Of a DNA stretch of 64,000 nt, positions 14,165 to 26,289 are shown piece by piece. Each line of letters opens with the position of its first letter. Positions within the stretch are counted from its first letter, which is position 1. Position numbers and translations under genes: made by a program. The stretch comes from Cetorhinus maximus (Eukaryota): NCBI RefSeq assembly GCF_964194155.1, contig NC_135886.1, positions 122,326,001 to 122,390,000 on the forward strand, read 5' to 3'. Under the pieces are notes generated by a model. That model was not told the origin of the DNA, made no database searches, and worked only from the letters and a program-made list of their open reading frames with translations.

Positions 14165-14955
14165 CAACAGGTGAAGCTAGCTGTTTCACGCTACTATGCG
14201 GTAGCAACACGAGTGGTATTTGCCACTAATAGGATGCTGCTGTCAAGCCAAGAGACGTTCTGCCTATCACACAGATGATTAATGTGGCATATGAACTTCT
14301 GTGCCAGTGAGATGCTAGGCATATAGGCCAAACGCCCCAAAGATTGGTGGATTGTATCAAACAACATGTCCCTTCCAGTTTGGAAAGGGCAAACGTACAG
14401 GCTACACCCAACCAACCCATGCTTGCAAAACTCAAAACAGTGTCCAACATTAGATATGATTCTACAATTGGACAACATTAGCTAAATAATCCTCAATGTG
14501 CTAAGAATTACACTGACAACCAATTGAAGATTGTCAGTTGGGCTCGCAGTGTGATACATGCGTGTACTGGAAGCAACATATTAATACACAGGACCTTGTT
14601 CTTTGCAGATAGAAAGAACATGTACTCACATTGTGCTCATTTCAGCTAAACAAATAAGTGAAAACCATTGGCTGGTTAATTCCCCAGGGCAATGTCTTGA
14701 CTAGAGTCAAGCTGCCTGGCTCAAGTTTCAAAATGATTGGCAGTTAAATGTCAGTCATCATCAACTGGTGTATTCTACATGGCAACACCTCAGGAGTCCA
14801 CTTGCCAAGAAAAGCACTCTTTTCACATACAGTATAATTTTGTTGTTTCTCCTGACATTTTCTTGCAAATTGTCCTGATGAATGCAAGACAAAAAGCTTC
14901 GACGAAAAAGCCTCTTTTTTCAGCAATACTCAAAGTTCTGTGCTACCAAATGACT
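14165..14955 (+). mobile_element. Penelope-like element family B: GIY-YIG remnant plus pLTR/3' end with hammerhead-like motif
   Basis: 14281 onward translates NVAYELLCQ*DARHIGQTPQRLVDCIKQHVP, matching the GIY-YIG pattern VY..C..C...YIG.T...L..R..QH. The end 14825-14955 is repeated at 39578-39700. Confidence 0.8.
14871..14904 (+). ncRNA. Minimal type-I hammerhead ribozyme-like motif (family B, decayed)
   Basis: TGTC-CTGATGA-ATGCAAGAC-AAAA-AGCT-TC-GACG; stem I is GTC/GAC and stem III is the palindrome AAGCTT; GAAA is mutated to AAAA. Confidence 0.55.
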
Positions 14956-14959
14956 AATA

Positions 14960-15130
14960 TCATTTTTCAAATAAGGAGACGAAAACAGTGCAGAGTATTC
15001 AAGAGGTGGTCTTATCAAAGCCCTATATAGCTGCAGTAAAACTTCCCTACTTTTATATTCCATTCCCCTTGCAATAAATGCCAACATTCCAATTGCCTTC
15101 CCAATCACTTGCTGTACCTGCATACTAACA
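14960..15130 (-). mobile_element. CR1 fragment
   Basis: Encodes SMQVQQVIGKAIGMLAFIARGMEYKSREVLLQLYRALIRPPLEY. Confidence 0.85.
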
Positions 15131-15539
15131 TATATACATACATACAAACTAACACAGTTACCCCACTGCTTACAGTTTCCCACCAAATCCTGGAGCAGGC
15201 ACACTTGCTGTACTGCTGAAATGCTGGGGAAGTGACTGTCAAGGTTTGTACCTGAAAGTGTTACGCCACTCATCTTTCCTGCCCTTATTAGGCCATTAAA
15301 CCTCTTTCAGCACTGTATTTAGCGGAGAGGGATCATATTTCTGCCGCTCACCACTTTTGGTACCATCAGCCAACCTGCTTCATGAGATTGGCTGGTTTCT
15401 TCCTCCTCTCTGCAAGAAGCGAGACTTCTCTTTTGGCCCTTACGCCTTTACCATCAGCTGCGAAGGAGTCAGAGAATGAAGTGGATGAGGGCAGGGTGCA
15501 GCCTTCCCATTGGCGGTGTTCAGGGCAAGGGGTTACAGT

Positions 15540-15790
15540 CTCAGGATACGGGGTAGGCCATTTAGGACTGAAACTTCTTCACTCAGGGTGGTGAAGCTGT
15601 GGAGGCCAAGTCACTGAATATATTTAAAGGAGGAAATAGATAAACTCTAAAGGCTTCAAAGGGTATGGGGAGAGAGTGAGAGGATGGCATTGAGATAGAG
15701 GATCAGCCATGATCATATTGAATGGTACAGTTGGTTTGAAGGGCCGAATGACCTACACCTGCTTCTGTTTTCTAGGTTTTTATGTTTCTT
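15540..15790 (+). mobile_element. CR1 3' tail
   Basis: cttcttcactcagggtggtgaa...gatcagccatgatcatattgaatgg...gggccgaatgacct is similar to the tails at 26000-26225 and 54700-54930. Confidence 0.75.
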
Positions 15791-15869
15791 AATTATCTAT
15801 AATCTTGTTTAATATTCTAATGCAAGTAGTCAAACCCTGCCTGTAATAAAATTTCCTGTACATTTATAA

Positions 15870-15872
<3 letters not shown>

Positions 15873-15900
<28 letters not shown>
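15873..15900. repeat. (GA)n microsatellite
   Basis: Direct observation. Confidence 0.9.
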
Positions 15901-16972
15901 CACAGGAGGGAAGTTGTTATAAACCTTTATAAATCACTGGTTAGCCTTGTAGATGGACAAGAGCCCATGGTAGAGCGACAGTGGAATGGCCAACAACAAT
16001 AATGGCTGAAGTAGTCAAGCAGGGATAATGCAGTGTGGTCATAATCATAAAGGGTGCAATTGCCAACTTTCACCAGAATGGCATCAGTACTTTGGTTGGG
16101 TTGAGAAACCACACTGGAGAAATGGAATGGTGGGCACAGAGTTTGTTAACAATGATGCATCTTATAAAAGGAAGGGAAAATGTTTCCACTAGTAGGTAGG
16201 TTGATGAAAGCATTGTCTGCAAGTGGCAGGAGAACAGTCTTACTTCACTTGCACAAAAGCAAACACAGGACAAGAAAATCACCACCTATGACAATGTAAT
16301 TGACTTAGAAAACATTCTGCTTGCAAAAGATTTCTAGTGCCAGCCCAAAATAAATCAAGTGTTTTCAAAGCCAAAATGGCAGTGTAAAATCAGAGAGTTT
16401 TGGATTGGGTTTACACTATGCATCCAACCACTGAATTATAATTTTACTGATTTGCAAAGATTTAATAAATGAAGCAAAGTAATTCCTGGCAAATACCAAT
16501 TTTGAACAGTTTATTTGATAATGGAGTTAAAATCTAATTATTTTTAAACACCAAAATTAAAATCCTTTATTACATTGGCATTATAGAGTCCAGTCCCTTT
16601 TAAAGTTGCTTATTTCAAATCATCTGATAATTCAATTTTCAAATCTCACTTTATTCAATTCAAATGATCATTCAAATTTTAAGCACAAAAATGACTTTAC
16701 ATTATCAGTAGGTCATCATCACTTAAAGGGGGACTACAATATTACATTCCTATTTTGACTACTGCTAGGTCCTGTTCAAGGGCCTAATCACCATTCTGTT
16801 GTCTGCACAGCTCTTGGCTTGACCCAACATACCCAAAGAGAATTGTCTCACTACTGGTTATAATTCCAATAACTAAAACTCAGATCACTGCAGCTGTTTA
16901 AAAGGTGGCTGTATCACCAACTGGCAGTACAAGGCATGGTCAACGCCAGGCTGCCAATCTCCCAATTTTTGT

Positions 16973-17722
16973 AAAAACAAAAAACTACTGCGGATGCTGG
17001 AAATCCAAAACAAAAACAGAATTACCTGGAAAAACTCAGCAGGTCTGGCAGCATCGGTGGAGAAGAAAAGAGTCGACGTTTCGAGTCTTCATGACCCTTC
17101 AACAGAACTAAGTAAAAATAGGAGAGGGGTGAAATATAAGCTGGTTTAAGGTTGGGGGGGGGGGGGGGGGGGGGGGGGGGAGTTTGGGGGTGGGGGGGTT
17201 GGTTGTAGGGACAAGCAGTGATAGGAGCAGATAATCAAAAGATGTCACAGATAAAGGAACAAAGAGGTGTTGAAGGTGGTGATATTATCTAAGAGAATGT
17301 GCTAATTAAGAATGGATGGCAGGACACAAGGTACAGCTCTAGTGGGGGTGGGGTGGAAAGACTGACAGGGCATTACAGGTATAGATTTAAAAATAATGGA
17401 AATAGGTGGGAAAAGAAAAATCTATATAAATTATTGGAAAAAACAAAAGAGAGGGGGAAGAAACGGAAAGGGGGTGGGGATAGAGGAGGGAGTTCAAGAT
17501 CTAAAGTTGTTGAATTCAATATTCAGTCCGGAAGGCTGTAAAGTGCCTAGTCGGAAGATGAGGTGCTGTTCCTCCAGTTTGCGTTGGGCTTCACTGGAAC
17601 AATGCAGCAAGCCAAGGACAGACATGCGGGCAAGAGAGCAGGGTGGAGTGTTAAAATGGCAAGCGACAGGGAGGTTTGGGTCTTTCTTGCGGACAGACCA
17701 CAGGTGTTCTGCAAAGCGGTCG
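16973..17722 (-). mobile_element. Penelope-like element family A, 5'-truncated, with 14-bp TSD
   Basis: Encodes DRFAEHLWSVRKKDPNLPVACHFNTPPCS...RKLEEQHLIFRLGTLQPSGLNIEF (GIY-YIG C-terminus). It is flanked by the exact direct repeat ctcccaatttttgt at 16959-16972 and 17723-17736 and has an internal poly-G tract. Confidence 0.9.
17071..17109 (-). ncRNA. Minimal type-I hammerhead ribozyme-like motif (family A)
   Basis: Minus strand AGTT-CTGTTGA-A-GGGTC-ATGAA-GACTC-GAAAC-GTC-GACT: stems I and II pair, stem III is the palindrome ACGT, and the triplet is GUC. Confidence 0.65.
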
Positions 17723-17924
17723 CTCCCAATTTTTGTGTTCATTGTAATAAAAAGGACCCAAACAGAAGTTGTTCTATTTTTAATTGTTTTTATTTTATGA
17801 AGAGGCCTTGGGCTACATTCCTTTCTGCAAAGCACCCAATTTTGTGGGTATGCAGCAGAGAATGATGGAAAACTCATGTGTCAAAGCCTGTCCTCAACTC
17901 CTGCCAGGATATCTGCTGAGTGCT

Positions 17925-18235
17925 ATTTAATAAACTAGTATCAGTAACAGCAACCATGAAACTACCAGATTGTTGTAAAAACCCAACTGGTTCACTGATG
18001 TCCTTTAGGGACTGAAACCTGCTGTCCTTATCCAGTCTGCTCTATATGTGGTTCCAGACTCAACATGATTGACACTTAGTTGTCCTCAAATGGCCCAGCA
18101 AGTCACTCAGTTGTACCAATTCACTGTGAAGACAGTGGTTCAAGGTGGTGGCTCACTTCCATCTTCTCAAGGGCAATTAGGGATGTGCAGTCAGTGTTGG
18201 ATATTCAGTGCCCATATCCAGCAAAATAATTAAAA
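17925..18235 (+). mobile_element. tRNA-derived SINE body/L2-type tail
   Basis: Similar to 4165-4425 (aaaaacccaactggttcactgatgtcctttaggg...caagggcaattagggatg). Confidence 0.75.
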
Positions 18236-19379
18236 ACGTACTCCCACACCAGTGCACACGAATTATAAAATCGGAGGAGTGGTGTGGTCTCCGTCCTGAC
18301 TAGATTTCCCTCCCATCTGCCCAGGTTACCATGATTACTATATTGAAGGTGGCAACAAACTCTATGAAACGATCTGAAGTACTGCCATGAAGAAAGAGGG
18401 TCTTACAGAACCAACTTCTATTCTGGCCCCAGTCTTTGCCAAAGCCTACAAGGCTGCAGCACTTGCCATCTTTGGGGATCACCCCTTTAACTCCAATTCC
18501 CATTGTAGTGCTTCCAGTGCTTGTCTTGGGGCCAAGAGCAGGCTCAGGTTTGGTGGCAGAAAACCTGCTGGTAGCCAACCATGTTACCAAAAAAATGGGT
18601 CAGTTTTGGGGCATAGTCTGGGACAAGTAGAAGCCCCACTCCACTGCACTTTAAAAGGAAAGTCCATCCACTATGTTGGAGTGATCAGTGTCCATATCAT
18701 AATGTCATACTATAAATTGGTCTTACTCACAGGGAGCAGAACAAATCTCTGTCCATGGATAGGTCTAGCCAAGTGTGATGTTTCGGCATTTTTTGGACCA
18801 TTTTACCACAGAAAGGATTTTTTTAAAAAGACTTAAAATTTGTATTTTGGACCAGTGTATTCGAGCCAGTTAAAAATGGATCTGAAGCAATAAATAATTA
18901 AGAAGCTAATGAGCTCAATTTTATGGTTAACCTTACAAACTGTAAATGAAAAGCAATTTGCAAGGTTCTTTCAGTAGTTGACAAACATCTCTCACCCACT
19001 TTGTTGGGCAGTCTAAGATACATGGCATGGTGTCTGGCAGGACATCCTTTTCTGGCTGTGAGTAGCAAGGGGAAAAATACAAGAGATAGGCATAGACAGA
19101 GGGGATTTGGAAATAGAAATTTGAACCAGCAAGGCCAAGTAAAAGGATACATTAAGGGGAGTAACAAATTACTTTTGACACTGGAAAGCCTAGCATTTTC
19201 ATTATTCTTCTATTACATCAATTATTACACTAATTGAACCAAGCGAACCTGGTAACTATTTCTTTTTACATTTGACTTACTGTGGAATAAAGCAGTTTAA
19301 CGATTTATATTATGTCAAGTCTCACCAAGTGCTTGGTTCACAAATGGTGTCATTTGACTGAGATAAGCTACCAATCACA

Positions 19380-20860
19380 CATCCACACAACTAAAACCAC
19401 CCATTGCCACCTCCATAACATTATCCGATTCCATCCGTCTCAGCTCAATTGCTGCTGAAACCCTCATCCTCTAGACTTGACCATTACAACATAGTCCTAG
19501 CCAGCCTAGGCGGTTGTCTTCCACCTTCTATAAGTAGGAGGTCACCCAACACCTAGCCTGTCTCCTAACTTGCAAAGTCCCATTTATGCAATGCCTTTAA
19601 TGTAAAAAAAGTCCCAAGGTGCTTCACAGGAGTGTTATGAAACAAATTATGACAGAGTCACATAAGGAGATATTGGGTCAGATAACTGAAAAGGTCAAAG
19701 AGGTAAGTTTCTTAGAGGAAAGCAAGATAGAGACGCAGAGAGGTATAGGGAGGGAATTCTTGGGGCCTAGGCAACTGGAGGCATAGCTACCAACGATGGA
19801 GCGATAATGATTGAGTAGGCACACGAGGCCAGAATTAGAGGAATGCAGATATCTCCATGAGGCAGCGGGGGGTGTGGTTTGAGGAAAGATTATAGAGAGG
19901 GGCAGGGCAAGGTCTTGTAGGGATTAGAAAACAAGGATGAGAACTTTAAAAGCAAAATGTTGCTTGACCAGGAGCCAATGTGTCAGCAAGCTCAGGGGCA
20001 ACAGGGAAAATGAGACCTGCTGCAAATTAAGGCACAGGCAAGAGAGTTTTGGATGACCTCAAATTTATGGAAGGTAGAATGTGGGAGATTAGCCAGGAGT
20101 GCACTAGAAGAGCCAAGAGTAACAAAGACATGAATGAGGGTTTCTGCAGCAGATGAAACAGGGGGAAAAGTCAAGCAATGTTACAGGAGCCGGAAAAAGG
20201 TAGTCTTAGAGGTGGCATGAATTAGGTCAGAAGCTCATCTCAGGATCAAATGTGACACCAAGGCTGCAAACAGACCGGTTTAATCTGACTGTTGCTACAC
20301 TGACTCCCAGTTTTGCAATGCCTCATTTTAAAAATTCACATCCTTCAATCCCTCTATGGCCTTGCTCCTCTACCTCCAACCCCCTCCAGCCTTTAGCTAG
20401 TGTTCCCTCTGAACTGTGCGGGTGCATAGCCACACAGCAGTCGAGAATATACAAGCTGCGCACAAGCAGCATTCCTTATTAGCTGCGCAGCTATCTTACA
20501 GGGATCATGCAGTGCACCAAACTGGCCACAAACAGGAAAGGGAAACTAGAGAGAACATGCCCACAACCCTCTGAAATATCTGTGCTCATTTAATTCTGGC
20601 TGCAGCATATTGGATTTTTAAAATCGCTCTACCATTGGTGGCTATGCCTTCAGTTGCCAAGGCCCTCAGCTCTGAAATTCCCTACCTAAGCCTCTCCAAT
20701 CCTTCCCTCTTTTAATACACTCTTTAAAAAAATCTTTGACCCTCATTTGCCCTAATATCTTGTTTGGTTCAATGTCAAATTGTCTGATAGCACTCCTAAA
20801 AAGTGCCTTGGGATGTTTTACTGTATTAAAAGGTGCTATGTAAATACAAGTTGGTAAATG
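19380..20860. mobile_element. Cluster of L2 LINE 3' fragments in both orientations
   Basis: Contains the peptide AAETLIHVFVT...LQNSLA typical of the L2 RT C-terminus, and tails ending aaaggtgctatgtaaatacaagttg. Confidence 0.7.
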
Positions 20861-23159
20861 TCTGCCTTCAGAACGATTGACAAAATTGTTCTGCAAAAAA
20901 GACAAATATCTGGTTTAGGTCACATGCGAGTGCTAGCATTATTGCCCCAGGTATGCCACCACTCAAGTAAATATAGAAGGCATGATGAGCAAACTTTTAT
21001 AAAGCATGCAAACAGCTTACTAAAGTAAAAAGTAAACATGCATGAATTACATTGTAGTCACCTCAACAACAGTTCTGATGCTAACTAACCAGAGTAATTC
21101 TACTTTTTTTAAAAAAAGACTGGCTCATACATAAAAAGGAAATATCACAATAATTACCTTGTTAGTTGTATGTTACTCTCTAGAAAAGTACTGGCTAGAT
21201 GTACCATCTGTTTATTAGCCAGCATAAAGAGAATTGTTACTTAAAGTCCATCAGTACAGTTGTCTCAAATTGATGTGCTATTAGTCAAATGCCAAGTTCT
21301 ATTTGTTGTAAAGCACCAGGAACTTAGTGCGCCAATAAAACATGCATCTTGGTTTGCTTTCAGATTATTCAGGATGTGCCTGTGGTACTCCTGTTTAATG
21401 ATAACTCCGATATTGTGTACAACCCAGCACTTATAGCTTCCACAGGATTAGTTATCTGCTGCTGTTTATTCTTAATTGACGACATTAGTCAGAGGTCTGG
21501 CTTGAGGTAAGAAAGGAAGTTCTTCCAGATGTGCTGTGTTTCAGATGGGAAATTCTTACTGTTTTTTTTTAAATACTAGTGTGCTTCCTGTAACACTGCT
21601 TGTATGTAATGAGGCCAACTGCATGCTTGTTCTGGTGCCATCTGTCACGTTTTATAATGATTAAAAAAGGCACCAATCACTCAAGAGATTGGGTAAATAC
21701 TTTGTGGGTTCAATTATTAGGACTAGACATATAGGAGCAGTTATACAAAGGCCAAAAGCTTGAAGATGCCAGCAGAGCTGTGTGTCCTGCTCAAAATGAA
21801 AAGTGAAGCTAAAACTAGTTCACATGACACACTTCCCTCCTAGTGATGTCATGCTCCTACCCCTTAAAAGGCATATTACAACATTTTGGCCTGTGCCTTA
21901 AAGCTGCTGCTGTAAATAAACAAATACAGAATTGTAAGCGATTGCCCTGTGACTTTACATTTACAAGCAATTGCACTTGCCAAAACAGGGCAATGGTGGG
22001 CTCTTGACTCAAAAAGAAGGAAAATATAGCTTTGCATCACAAACAAAGTGTGACAATTTGAAGTGCAATGGAACTATGTCAGATGCAAGTCTATACAAGG
22101 ATGTATTAAAAACACTTGCCTCAGGGACTACTTTCCAACAACAGTCAGAAGGCCCCAAGAGATAAATATTGTGCAGGGCACATTCAGAACAAAACTTAAC
22201 AGATTAACTGGAAATGACCCCACCCATTTTATTTATATCCTGCTACATAGACAGCAGGCAAAATAAATGCAAATATCTTCATTCTTGGCTGTACATTTTG
22301 CCACAAGAATAGTTCAAAAGTTCATGTTCCAATTAGTTTTGAATTTTTTTTTTGGAAAAGCAAACTCATTAATAACTTTGTAGCCTGACATGCTTCCAGA
22401 CTTCACACCAAATGAATCATGGAATCACACTGAAGCATCCTCCACACATCGGAGAGCAACTGAGATTTTTGAGTAAAGACATTAATGCCTATTGCCTAAA
22501 GGTATGAAAGACAATTTTATAGATTAGTTCAATCATGTTATAAAATGTGTAACTTATATTGTTAATGTGCCATGCCTGAAAATGAAGACCACAGTCATTA
22601 AAAAACCTAGCTTCTGGAGGGGAAGAAACAGGTCATTTTCATCATATTCAAAATGATGCATTGGAAATTTTGACCTGATTTGCATTATCACATCAATGCT
22701 TGCAAATAACTTGAAACAGGCTCGGCAAATATGCTTTTGTTCTCATGGATTTTTAAAACATGTTTCACTGGTGCTCACATACCCTCCTCTTCCACATACG
22801 AGCAGAGCTTTGACAGTCAGCTGTCAGTCATTTCATCTTTTTTTTTTAAAAAAAATAAAAAAAGATTGCTCCACAGTCCTGGCAAACCCTCATTAGGGGA
22901 CTGGACCCAACATTACAAACTGTATATCCACTAAATAAATATGGCACTGAAGATAATTTCATGTTCATATAACTTGTGCAGCTATATTTTAAAAAGTTAT
23001 AATCTCATAGTTCTGTTCTTCAGTAAGACTTGATTAGAAATAGCATTTTGAATGTTGGACACCGCACTTTAATGGGCAGTTTATGAATTAAGAGCAACTA
23101 AAATTACAAGCCACTTCTCTCATACAGGCAAAAATTTGTTTCCAAATTTTTCCATTGCT

Positions 23160-23510
23160 TTGCCCCTCCCTATAATCTCCTCCAGCCTCCAACACTTCAA
23201 GATATCTGCCACCCTCTAATTCAGGCATCCTGAGTATCCCAGATTTTCATCACTCCACTATTGCTAGACATGCCATCCACAGCCTAGGCCTTCAGCTTTG
23301 GAATTCCCTCCCTAAACCACTTATCCCTCTCCTTCGCTTTCCTCCTTTAAGACGCTCCTTAAAACCTACCTCTTTGACCAAAGTTTTGATCAAATGACCT
23401 AATACCTCTATGTGGCTCAGTGTCTTTGTTTTATAATGCTTCTGCAAATCACCTTGGATTGTTTTACTATGTTAAAAGTGCTTTATGAATACAAGTTATT
23501 GGTGTTGTTG
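23160..23510 (+). mobile_element. L2 LINE 3' end
   Basis: tggaattccctccctaaacc...cctttaagacgctccttaaaacctacctctttgaccaaag...aaaagtgctttatgaatacaagtt; similar to 20550-20860. Confidence 0.75.
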
Positions 23511-24704
23511 GAGGGCCTTCATCTTAAAGACCGACAGTCTGAAGGCCAGACCAGGTACGGGTAACAGATTTCATTCTCCAAAAAGATATCAATGAGCCTG
23601 TTGGGTTTTGATGACGATTTGACAGCTTCGTGGACACTTTTACTGGCACCAGATTTCTTTAGCTTGAATGAAAACACTCAAAACGCCAAGATGGAATTTT
23701 AACTCACGTACTCGAGTCACACAGGCCTCTGGACTACTCACAATAACAATGGTAATGCTACTATACTCATTAATATTTTAATAGAAAACTAATTACAAGA
23801 CGTTGATGTAAAAAAAGTCAGACTAAACAAATCATGTAGTTAATATTTTTTCTAAGTTATGTCAAACAAACACCAAGATTATGCAATAGAGCAGGTCTTG
23901 TATTCCCCATTTGATAGATTGCTCATAACTGCATGGGGGAGAAATTAATTAGTGTAACATTGATGTTTCTTTCATCTCTAGTACCAAATGGTAAATGCAA
24001 GTGTGGTGCACATGCATGTTGTGAACTGGACACATCCAGTTAATTTAACAGCACTCACACTAGACATTTCTGCTATCCAGTTTCTCCTTCATCCTATACA
24101 TGACTTACATTGATCACCATTAACTGCAGTGGAGTTCCCAGTTTTTATCTGGCCATTTCATCATATTAATAGATTCTTGTGTAGTCTAGGATCTTAGCTC
24201 AATCTTTTGACCTTAGTATGGTCTTAAATCCCTGGTTTTTTTTTTTATTCAGGAGTGCATTATTTAATTATTTCAAACAAAAAAAGTTTTACATTTGCTT
24301 CTTTATTTAGGATCTGACATAAAATATTATTTACAGTTGTTTCTTCTAAAATCAGCCAAAGAGTCAAACTTTGAGTGGGGACTATTGCCCATTTATAAGC
24401 AGTAGAAGTAAGGGCCAAGTAAAATACATTTCTTGGATCCTTTTCATATCTACAACACTGTATATGAGAATGATATTTATACCACATTACAAAATTTTTT
24501 TTTTGAAGGAGGCAAGGGAGGGAGGCCACAAGTTAATATCTTTGTACAGACACATAATGGAACTATTCTCATTCATATATACTTCATTACTTCTTCAAAC
24601 TATCTATGGTAGTCATCTGCAGAAAAACTTGCACTAAGCACACTGCATAAATCCATAACTGCAGTGCGATATGTTGAAGCCTACAAAGTCAGAAAGAACA
24701 GAAT

Positions 24705-25690
24705 AATTTAAGAAATAGGAGTAGGACATGAGTCTCCTCCACCATTCAAAATCATGGCTGAACTTCTACTTCAACTTCATTTCCCCTACCATATTCTCAA
24801 ATACTTTAATTCACATACTCGTGGGGCTCAGTCTTAAATATACTCATTGAATGAATGTCCACAGCCCTGGAAGATGAAGAATTTCAAAGATTTGCAACCC
24901 AAGAGAGAGTGAAGAAACTTCTCCTCAACTGTGTTAAATGGCAAATTCTTTATCCCTAGATGGGCAGAATTTTACAGCCCTGTCATGACAGGGGTGGGGC
25001 CATAAAATGCAGCAAACCGCTCAAAAATCCATTGACTTGAGCGGGACCGTAAAATCCCACCGGCATAAAATTCTGCCCCATCAGTCCCAAGTTCAAGAAT
25101 CTCCAGCAGGGGAAAACAGCCTCTCAGTCTCTACTCTGTCAAGCCCTCTGAGGATTTTATATGTTTAAATGAGATCACACCTTATTTTTCTAAACTCCAA
25201 AGAATGTAGGCCCATTTTATTCAAATCTCTCATAGCACAGCCCTCTCAACCTAGGAAGCAATCTAGTGAACCTTCATTGTATCCCCTTGCACTAAGTATA
25301 TTCTTAGGCTAGGGGACAAAAATTGTGCACAAGACTCCAGGTGTGGCCTCACCAAAGCCTATAAAAGATTTCAGCAAGACTGCCCTACTCCCTTCAATAA
25401 AGACCAACATAGCATTTGCCTTTTTAATTGATGCTGAACCTGCATGTTATTTTTCTGCGATATGTGTACAAAGCCACTCAAACCCCTCAATATCAATACT
25501 TCATAACCTCACATCTTTTAAAAAATTATGTTTTTCTATTCTTCCTACCAAAGGAAATAATGTCACACTTCCCCACATTAAACTTCATCTACCACCTTCT
25601 TGTCTAATCACTTAGCTTACATCCCTTTACAGCCTCTCTCTCACAGCTTACTTTTCCACCTAGCTTTTCATTGATATAAAACTTGGATAT
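24705..25690 (-). mobile_element. CR1 3' fragment interrupted by a MITE
   Basis: Colinear with the 9900-10820 CR1 on both sides of 24962-25078. Confidence 0.75.
24962..25078. mobile_element. MITE (probably PIF/Harbinger-type), 117 bp
   Basis: Perfect 13-bp terminal inverted repeats gggcagaatttta (24962-24974) and taaaattctgccc (25066-25078); similar to Harbinger ends at 48043-48055 and 58915-58929. Confidence 0.8.
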
Positions 25691-25694
25691 ATCA

Positions 25695-25815
25695 AAATGA
25701 AAGCAAAATAGTGCAGATGCTGGAAACCTGAAATAAGAACAAAGTGCTGGAAAAACTCAGCAGGTCTGGCAGCTTCTGTGGAGAGAGAGAGAGAGAGAGA
25801 AACACAGAGAGAAAC
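25695..25815 (-). mobile_element. Penelope family A short terminal fragment with (GA)n
   Basis: aagcaaaatagtgcagatgctggaaacctgaaataagaacaaagtgctggaaaaactcagcaggtctggcagc matches 16973-17065. Confidence 0.8.
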
Positions 25816-25829
25816 AGATTTGGGCCTGT

Positions 25830-26228
25830 ACTCATGAGAGGTGACCTTATTGAAACATATAAGATTCTCAGCGGGCTTGACAGGGTAGATGCTGAGAGGT
25901 TGTTTCACCTTGTGAGAGAGTCTAGGACCAGAGGGCATAATCTTAGAGTAAGGGGTTACCCATTTTAGACCGAGATGAGGAGGAATTTCTTCTGAGGGTC
26001 ATGAATCTGTGGAATTCTTTGCCACAGAGGGCTGTAGAGGCTGGATCGTTAAGTATATTCAAGGCTGAGATGGACAGCTTTTTAATCAGTAAGGGAATCA
26101 AGGGTTATGGGGAAAAGGCAGGAAGTGGAGTTGAGGATTATCAGATCAGCCACGATCTCATTGAATGGCAGAGCAGATTCGATGGGCCAAATGGCCTACT
26201 TCTGCTCCTACATCTTTTGGACTTATGA
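25830..26228 (+). mobile_element. CR1 3' end
   Basis: Encodes MRGDLIETYKILSGLDRVDAERLFHLVRESRTRGHNL...NLWNSLPQRAVEA. Confidence 0.9.
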
Positions 26229-26289
26229 GCATTGAGTCAAACATAACTCTTCTTTGCAACTGGATATATTAAACTTGATCTCCTAACCA

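Noticed and set aside
17152-17200. Long poly-G tract as a stand-alone G-quadruplex element (also poly-C at 27590-27616)
   Set aside because: The poly-G is part of the Penelope family A sequence (same position in the 56610 copy), and homopolymer lengths are assembly-sensitive.
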